A DNA stretch of 29,642 nt. It comes from a virus (Duplodnaviria > Caudoviricetes). Under the pieces are notes generated by a model, which was given only the letters and a program-made list of their open reading frames with translations, did not search any database and was not told where the DNA came from. Positions 16,305 to 24,500 of the stretch are shown here, in pieces (the stretch's first letter is position 1; every line of letters starts with the position of its first letter). The stretch lies in the IMG/VR virus record IMGVR_UViG_3300027734_000237, positions 1 to 29,642 of that record. The stretch is one strand, 5' to 3'. Made by a program: the position numbers and the translations under genes.

Positions 16305-16507
16305 AAAACAAAGTTATTCTGGAATTTGAATATCCGGATGATGAAAATAAACTTATGTTTGCCATCAAAGGTGTAGACATGTACGCAACACTGGCCAACA
16401 TCAAGCTGGCCATTACAAGAGAGTTTAAACACAAGGCAGACATGGAAGCCGCGTTGCTGCGAGTGAGAGAACTGACGGACGAGATGTTGGCCGAACTAAA
16501 TAAATAA
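16301..16507 (+). CDS. Hypothetical protein
   Basis: ATGA coupling. VILEFEYPDDE. Confidence 0.7.
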   Translation: MKNKVILEFEYPDDENKLMFAIKGVDMYATLANIKLAITREFKHKADMEAALLRVRELTDEMLAELNK

Positions 16508-16515
16508 GGACGCAT

Positions 16516-16698
16516 ATGACTGACGCAGAGAGAGAACAAGATTTAAACATGGCAGAGCTAGAGGCAGAGAACCGAAGGCTCAAAAAGATTGAAAATGCGG
16601 CTCGGCTTGTGATGAAGGCGTTCAGCAACAGTATTGATTATGACTCATGGGACAAGGCTCTGGATGCACTGGAGGTGGTGCTGAAAGAGAAGCCATGA
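16516..16698 (+). CDS. Hypothetical protein
   Basis: AAGGA RBS. Confidence 0.65.
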   Translation: MTDAEREQDLNMAELEAENRRLKKIENAARLVMKAFSNSIDYDSWDKALDALEVVLKEKP

Positions 16699-16994
16699 GC
16701 AAATCCAAAACACCTGAGCCACTGTACAGGCAGTTCACGCCCGAAGAAGACCGTGGCAAAACAATGGCCAGTAAGTATTACAGAGTGAATCAGAACATGG
16801 ATGGGTTGGGTGTAAGCCTACATCCGTACCTTGTTGAGTGCAACATACGCATTGACTTTGGCTTGGATGGTGGTATCTACAAAATCGAGTGGAGCAATAA
16901 AATATTAGGAGCAAGAAATGAGCGAACAAAGTTTAAACATATGGGAGAAGGCGCTGGGATGGCGAAAGCGGCAGATGATCCTCAAGCAACTTGA
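16695..16994 (+). CDS. Hypothetical protein
   Basis: ATGA coupling. 3' end overlaps the next gene by 77 bp. Confidence 0.5.
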   Translation: MSKSKTPEPLYRQFTPEEDRGKTMASKYYRVNQNMDGLGVSLHPYLVECNIRIDFGLDGGIYKIEWSNKILGARNERTKFKHMGEGAGMAKAADDPQAT

Positions 16995-17115
16995 CCCTGT
17001 AACCAACAAGATTAGGAACGATACCTTGGAGGAAGTTGCCAAGGAGTTTGACAAGATGCCATTTGGCGACACGGCATCAAGCTTTGCAGTTTATGTGCGG
17101 AGTTTAAAGCGATGA
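16918..17115 (+). CDS. Hypothetical protein
   Basis: AGGAG RBS. RNDTLEEVAKEF..FGDTASSFAVYVR. Confidence 0.7.
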   Translation: MSEQSLNIWEKALGWRKRQMILKQLDPVTNKIRNDTLEEVAKEFDKMPFGDTASSFAVYVRSLKR

Positions 17116-17516
17116 AAGAAATCAAGAAATGCCCACATTGCGATGCCAAAATGGTGGAGTATCGCCATACGTTTAACAAAGGATTAGCCCATGGTTTATA
17201 CGAACTGTGGCTGGCCGGTGGTGGCCCATCAAGCCTACGCAGTCTACGTTTAACCCGAACCCAGTGGACTAACTTTCAAAAGCTAAGATACTGGGATTTG
17301 GTAAGTAGAACCAAGCATGAGGGCGAGTGGATGATTACCTCAAAAGGCTTGGAGTTTATAACCCAAGGAACGCCCTTAACTAAATGGGTGTGGACGTACA
17401 GGGGCGATCCAGTCAAGTTTGATGGGGAGACATGTTTCTTTAAAGACATACATGAACCCAAGTACGACACAAGAGAAGACTACGTAATTAACTCGAAACC
17501 TAGAAAAAGACCATGA
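17112..17516 (+). CDS. Hypothetical protein (CxxC, winged-helix-like)
   Basis: CPHCD...FQKLRYWDLV...GEWMITSKGLEF. Confidence 0.7.
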   Translation: MKEIKKCPHCDAKMVEYRHTFNKGLAHGLYELWLAGGGPSSLRSLRLTRTQWTNFQKLRYWDLVSRTKHEGEWMITSKGLEFITQGTPLTKWVWTYRGDPVKFDGETCFFKDIHEPKYDTREDYVINSKPRKRP

Positions 17517-17695
17517 ACGGATTTGCCAAACAGCAATTAGAAATCGGTAGCAAGCAGCCGACGCATAAGTTTAAACACTGCAACAAATGCGAAGAAACTA
17601 AGCCGCCTGAGGGGGGTATTCAGATGAGTCCTAACAAATGGCACTGCGCTTCTTGTTGGGCACACAGGGCTACACGGAGGCCAAAGAATGCCTAG
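17513..17695 (+). CDS. Small zinc-finger protein
   Basis: CNKC...CASC. Confidence 0.65.
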   Translation: MNGFAKQQLEIGSKQPTHKFKHCNKCEETKPPEGGIQMSPNKWHCASCWAHRATRRPKNA

Positions 17696-17876
17696 ACCTA
17701 AACCACCCATGCCCTTGAAGGGTCGGCAAGTCCGGATGTCTGACCTTGAGTGGATGATTTTTCAAGAACTGGGCGGGGCAGACTGGCTCCGCACTTTAGT
17801 CAAGAAACAGGCAAAGTTTTCCACCCCCTACTACATGTTAAAGCTAAAGGAACAAGATGATTCAAAGAGCAGATGA
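17688..17876 (+). CDS. Small putative DNA-binding protein
   Basis: MPRPKPP...QVRMSDLEWMIFQELGGADWLR. GGAGG RBS. Confidence 0.65.
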   Translation: MPRPKPPMPLKGRQVRMSDLEWMIFQELGGADWLRTLVKKQAKFSTPYYMLKLKEQDDSKSR

Positions 17877-18087
17877 TTACCAAATAGATGGCCGCCATTA
17901 CAAAGACATGGAGATGCAACCGTGGGCCGTGATGGAGGCAGTACTAACGCCTGAGGAGTTTGTTGGATTCCTTAAAGGCAACATCATTAAATACGCCATG
18001 CGCTCCGGACACAAGGAAGGTTCTCACGATAGCGAAAAAGCCCGTCACTACGCTCAGAAGCTGGCAGAGTTTCAGGCCTTCCTATGA
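17857..18087 (+). CDS. DUF3310/SaV-like protein
   Basis: QIDGRHYK...GFLKGNIIKYAMRSGHK...DSEKARHY. Confidence 0.85.
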   Translation: MIQRADDYQIDGRHYKDMEMQPWAVMEAVLTPEEFVGFLKGNIIKYAMRSGHKEGSHDSEKARHYAQKLAEFQAFL

Positions 18088-18296
18088 ACGAGTGTAAACA
18101 GGAGTACTGCGATTTTGTCGGCAGCAGGGCGTTTGAAGACGACGGAGGTTGGAGCTACGAAGTTTGGCAGGCAGCCCAGCAAGCCGCGTTTAAACGACTA
18201 GCCGAACGCTTTCGCAGCTACGGCAACATTGACTACACCGGCAAAGAGATTGCTCAGTACATTGAATTTATAAGCAAGCAAGATGTACCGAAGTAG
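18084..18296 (+). CDS. Hypothetical protein
   Basis: ATGA coupling. Confidence 0.6.
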   Translation: MNECKQEYCDFVGSRAFEDDGGWSYEVWQAAQQAAFKRLAERFRSYGNIDYTGKEIAQYIEFISKQDVPK

Positions 18297-18576
18297 GCCA
18301 CTGCTTGACCTTGTGAGGCAATGCCCTTGTCAAAGGTGCGGGGTTGAGGATGGGACGGTTGTAGCCTCCCATTCCAACCAACAGCGGGACGGTAAGGGCA
18401 TGGGCATCAAGGCTCATGACTACCGAATTGCGGCATTGTGCTACGCCTGTCACATGCTCATAGACCAAGGCAAAGACTTTGGCAAGCAGGCTAGGTTTGA
18501 TGCTTGGGATGAAGCCCATCGAAAGACCATTGGATGGCTATTCGAGGGGGGTCATCTTACGATACGTTTGCCTTAA
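18283..18576 (+). CDS. DUF1364-like / His-Me-finger putative nuclease
   Basis: CQRCG..DGTVVASHSN...GKGMGIKAHD...LCYACH. Confidence 0.75.
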   Translation: MYRSRPLLDLVRQCPCQRCGVEDGTVVASHSNQQRDGKGMGIKAHDYRIAALCYACHMLIDQGKDFGKQARFDAWDEAHRKTIGWLFEGGHLTIRLP

Positions 18577-21500
18577 GCGTATTGATGTTTGCGGTCAAGG
18601 CGTTCTGAGCTTGGTTGATTCTTAGTAGCGCATCCCGCTTGGCATCAGCGTCCATCCTAGAGCTACGGATCATGACTTGCATTTGACGGAACTCCTTCAT
18701 GGTTTTTTCCATGTCAAGGATAAATTCTTTAGAGGCAAGAAGCTTAATGTTGTCTCGCATGAACTCGCCCTTTTCCTCAAAGTTCATGGTTCGCTCTAGC
18801 AAATTAGAAGTTCGGACGGCTTGGTCAGCCGCATTTTTTAATTCGTAGTAGCTGGTGACCGTACCTCTTGCCTCTGGATCCAACGCAAAACGTTTGATAA
18901 GCGGCATCTGCTCAAAGCGTTTAGACGCATTAGGCGTGTCGCTATTCATGTTCATGATTGAATCTAAAGCACTGACCATATACATGCCCATGGTTCCCGT
19001 GTAGCCGCCAATGATGTGGTCAAGCTTCATGGGAGAGATACCCAACGCAGACCCAATTTGAGCCGCTATGGCTGAGGTGTTGGGGCCAACTTGGTACTCA
19101 GGTGCAATACCTTCCATGCCCTGACCAACAATGGCTCGTTGCGTGAAGAATGAGTAGTTAGTGGTCGCTTCCACCAAAGGCAAAGCCGCCTGAGGAATGG
19201 GATTTACCGCCAATGTACTGCTTAACTGGCGTGCCATGGACTTCATGAAGTCTTTGCCTGTATCGTCGCCAAAGAAGTAAGCCATTGTTCGCTCAGGAAT
19301 AACCTTGAAAATGACACCAATCTCAAATGGGATTGGGATCTTGACACCCAATGATGGGACAAGCCAGTTGTTATCTTTGGTTTCTTGCTCTTGTTTTTTG
19401 TACTCATCATCATCATGGGTGAGTGCCCAGTACATGGCAGACAGAGCGGCCATGGTCATGCCACGGACAAAGAAAGAACGTTGGATAGCGGCCGCATCCT
19501 TGTGACCCAACTTACCAAATGAAGCGCGGTACAGAACATCCAAGCCCTGCATACGGGCGTTCAAGAACGGGATGGCCGCAGTCAAAATACGAACGACAGG
19601 AGAGCTACCCTTGCGGTTAAAGTTCATTACCTCAAGCGCACGGAACAGAGCTTCTGCCTCGTTGCCAGTTTCTGCGAGGGTGCGTTTATACACCTCAATC
19701 CTTGTGGCAGCGTCAGATGCGGTTGTACCTTTCTCCAACAATTCCCACAAAGATTTAGGGGCAGTCATAGGATTAGCAAGGCGCTCAAGCGTTGACTTAC
19801 CGCCAGCCTTTTTCTTTAACTCGTTTTCAAACGCCTGAGCACTGACCTCAACGTTCTGAGAGAACTCGTAGCCGCCCAGCAAGCCTGCGTTTAAAAGGGC
19901 TTGGAACTCTGGGGATGTGCCTGCCATGGCAGACTTGAAGTTTTTAATGGTGTCGATGACTGGAGTCATCTTGATACCACTCGTTACGTAGGCGGCCATG
20001 GAGTCACGCACCATATTGGCCATCATGAATCCGGGATCCTTAGTCACCAAGTTACGCAAGAGATTAGCCGGGCCAGACAACAGGCCAATAAACGGCAAGT
20101 CAGGCATGTTTAAACTCTTGACCGCATCAATAAACAACGGGTCGTGTACACGGTAGCTGACCATGTTGCCGTTCTCAAGCACTTGAACAACGTCCAAGCC
20201 TGCGCCTGCTTTAGGCATACGCTCTGCTTGATTGATCTTGACAGCCACATCAACAGCACGCTGTGCCGCCACATTCTTCATGCCCATCTGAATAGAAGAC
20301 TGGGTGTTGCGAACAATAGTCTCAAGGAAGTCGGCCAACGGAGCCTCGCCACCTTTGATCTTCTTAGGAGCTTTCACGCCTGAGATAGACTGGAAGATGT
20401 TAGGGCCAATGGTGCTGTCGCCATCCATCTGACGATAGAAGGGGATGTAGTCGGAATGCTTGGTAAAGGCTTCCTTCTGAGCTTCAGACAGGACACCTGT
20501 GTCCACAAGGAACTGAACCAGCCCGTTGTTAAACGTGTTCCAGTCTTCTTGAATCTCTTTAAACTCAGGGTATTGTGATGCAGCCGGATTAGCTGGATCA
20601 CACAGTTTCTTGGCCAGATCCAAGTCAGCCTGTGTAAACAACTCTTCTTTGCCATCGGCCAGCAGACGTGAGCCACGCTGTGCGCCCGCCCAGAATTGAT
20701 ACAACTGATACACAAATGGGTCGTTGTACTTGGCCAACGGAGCAAAGATGGCCACTGGGCCTTTAATCTTGCCATCGTCATTAAAGACTGTAGTGAAGCC
20801 ATTCTTATAGACTGGGATACCACCGTTGCGATCATGTACACCCATAGCAGACGCAGTGACACCGGCCGCAAGGTCAGACATCAGAGCCGCAGATTCTGCG
20901 CTTGCGTCAGCCATGAATGCCGCACCGCCCATGGTCTTGGCCAACTCTTTGTCGTAGTCTGCTAGACGCTGGTATCTGTTTAAAGCCTGTGCACGGAGCT
21001 TGGAGAAAGACTCGCCACCCAGTGCCTTGGTAATACGCTCAACGAAACCCGTCTCCTCACGGGAGGTAGTTGTCTCGTCAACACGACCACGGATAGCTGG
21101 GTCAGTGGAATCACGTAAGCTTAAACGCTCCTGCTTTTGTGGCCCGGCGTAATCCTGCGCCCCTTCCTCGCGTGTAAACGGCATAGGAATGGATGCGTAT
21201 TCACGCAGCGCACCTTCTTCGGCAACGATACGCTCAGGCCAAGACTCGCTGTAATCAAACTTCTCAGGATCAGTCTGCTCAGACCAACGAATTTCGGTAC
21301 GCCATTCAACTGGCATGGTTGTGTAGCCTGCGGCTTGAAGCGCACGGGCACGGTGTCTGCCTTCATGGCCTGTAACCCGTAGGTTGTTGCCATCTTTGGA
21401 CATGTAAAGATATGGGATTGATGTGAATTTCAATCCTTCTTGTTCACGTTTCTGAGCAAGAATTTCTTTTTCTTTGTTAAAGCCAAACTTAGCCAACTTC

Positions 21501-24500
21501 AAGAAGTCAGCAATATCCATGTTGACCAGTTTGTTTTTAGATTTGTATCCCTGCTCAGAAGCTTTCTCTATCTCAGCGGGGTCAAATCTATCTGTTGCAT
21601 CACGCAAGCTATAGCGGATGTCAGGATTAGACTTGTCAAAGGTTCCTATGTTGCCTGTAGCAGACTTAATCTGCGATGGGTCATAGACTGCAAGATTTCT
21701 AGTGCCGCCTTCGTTTACATAAAAACCATCGTGCCCCAGTTTTTTAATGGCATCTTGGACAACTTGGCTCTCAATGGTTTCCCACTCACCACGTTTAATC
21801 TGATACAAGATGTCGGGGTCATCTGAAAAATTGTAAGACTTTTGCATTTGTCTATATAGATCTGCGACTTGAGCAGAATCTTTGTAGTCAAATGGATCTT
21901 GTGCACTTACATACACAGGCATTACGTTAGGGCCAGTTGGTAATCTATCGTGCACCGCCTTGATGACGTAGTCTGCTACCGCACTGGGAATAGAACTCCA
22001 AGCAAATCCGTAATTTGGATCAATCCGAGACTTAAGTAACTGGGCTGTAGATGCGCCAATATCTTTGGCTTTTCTAGCAACTTTGATGGCATCCAACACC
22101 ATCTTGTTTTGCTCGTCAATGTCTAGAGTATTCCAGTACTCACGGCTAATATAGTTCATGCCTGCGTCAGAGAAACCTTCGGCAAAGCTAGGGTTGTCCG
22201 TTACAAAAATTGCATTAGCTTGCTTGGGTTTAAACGTAGTAATGTCACGCGCAGTTCCGTGGTACATAACTTTTGGCGTGTCGTCTGAGTTAACGACCAC
22301 ACTGTTGCCAAACCATTGTTTAAACTCAGGCGTATCCGGCGCAGCACGCAGGCTTAGTCGTTCGTCTTCTTCAAGCTGCCCACCAGTTGCATCAGGGCTT
22401 TGGCTCTTTCCTTGGGGTCTAATCCCACCGTCAGATCCTTCACTGAAGACCACAGAGGGTCGCGCTCGTCCATCACCCTCACGGGCTTGGGCGATGATTG
22501 CTTCTTCGTATCCGATGTCATCTGCTTTCCTTCCGCTTAATTTTTCGTATAAACGTTTCTCGTAGTACCACAAAGCCGCTTGGATGTCGGCCAGTGTTAA
22601 ATCAATACCTTCGTCACGCAACATCTGTTGTGCCTTACGGCCTGCGTCGTACATGAACTTACGATCTGTTGCTGTAAACGGAGCCTCTTCCAGCATTTCA
22701 AATTCGTTCTTGTAGATGGTGTTAGCCATTTTTTCCATGTTGTGTTCAAACAACAGTTGGTCGTAAGCTTCAGCCGCTACCTTTTCGGCTTTCTTAAACC
22801 ATGCGGCTTTCTCAGCTTTCTTGGCGGGTTCTTTTGCACCAACCAGATGCTCAAGCTCACTGTTCCAACCGTACTCTTCGTACTTGTTACGCAACGGAAT
22901 GGTGGCGGCAACCACTTCATCACGGCTTGCGCCCGGTTGCTCCATCATGTCACGGAATTTCTCAATAGAAGCCTCCGTGGCCTTAGGCATCAACAGACCA
23001 CGCATGCGGTTGATGGAGCGAGTCCACCACAAGTCCATGGTCAGGTAACCTTCTGAGCCTGACAGGTTGGCGTAGAACGCACCAAGCTTAGGGCCAAAGT
23101 ACACAGCGGCCGCAGGCACAACTGTATTGGCTAAATAGCTACCGTCAGATTCTTCGCCACGCTCACGCAGTCGGGCATTCATTTCCTTGACTGTGATTTC
23201 TTGAAGCAAGACCTTCTCAAAGTCATCACCGTGTGTGTCAAGCAACTCTTGAATCATGACAAGGTTGTTCTCTAGAGCCGTAGCCCTGCGGTTACCCATG
23301 GCAACTAAGGGTTTACCCATACGCAAATCAGCATACAGCTTGATGGCGTTATCAATGTTCTTTGTTACTTTCTCACCGTTGGATGTCACTGCCACCAAGG
23401 CAGAGAACACTGAACGGGCGTGCTTGTTCTTTTCAAGCTCAGGGAAACGCTCGGCCAGTCGGCTAACGGCATTAGGATAGTTGTTGGAGTACCAGCCAAG
23501 GCCTGTACCAGTCTTGGCAGTTGTGCCCAGTTGGTATGCCACCTCATCAGCAATAGCCTGTGCAATCTGCGTTGATTGTTGAGGCGTAAGGTTGTTGCGA
23601 TCCATTGCGCCAAACTGATCCAGTGTGTACTGATTCAAAGCCTTGGCGATGTCCCGGACGTTATTAAATCTATTTCGTACAGCCTCGGTGTTTAAACCCA
23701 ACTCCTGCTGGGCTGTGCCGGTCTTGCGTTCCATAATGCCACGGGTCGAGAAAGGAACTCCCTCTCCAGACAATGACTTCCTCTCGCCACCTTCGGTAGC
23801 TGTACCAGCTTTCAGTTCGCCACGTTCAATCTGACCAAAGACATCCTCGTATGTGCGGAAACCTGCTCCTGCCAATGCATTACGCAGCGCAGTAAAGAAG
23901 TCATTTAAACGCTTCATCAGCGCTGCCAGCATTCCTGCTGGGGGTTTATTGTTGGCAAAGTCAGCAAACGCATCAGCGATTGCTTCCTCAATGACCTTGT
24001 CTATGTCGCCTTTGTATTCTTTTACATAAGCGTCATAGCGGGACATGGTCTGCCCGTTATAGGATGCATTACGGCTCTTAAGGTACTTATCAATCCACTG
24101 ATCCTTGGCCATGCGCTCAAGCGCAGTCCATTGCTGAGGTGTAAAGAAACCCAGTTCCTTTAGGGCGTGGATAGACTCATGACGCAGAATCTTGGCAGGA
24201 TTAGACAAGTCCAAGGCAATCTGGATAAGCTTCTTGCTGTACGAACCTTCAGACTTAAGATTCTCAATAATGTTTAAACCTACGTCGCCCAAGCCAAACT
24301 GCTTCAGCATAGGTTTGAGCAAAGCTTCAAACTGAGCGATCCGCTCTTTGGCTCCGGGAGTCTGCTTGGCTTCTTCTGCCTTAGCCTTCTCAGCCTCAAT
24401 GCCTTCTAAGACTTCAGAAACCTTCTTACCCTCAGTCTGTGGAGCGGCAGTTCTGCGTTTGATCTCAGCTTCAGCCTTCTTACCAATGGCACGACGGCCT

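Noticed and set aside
18557-18576. 20-bp tail-to-tail gene overlap without a terminator
   Set aside because: Short convergent overlaps are common in compact phage genomes.
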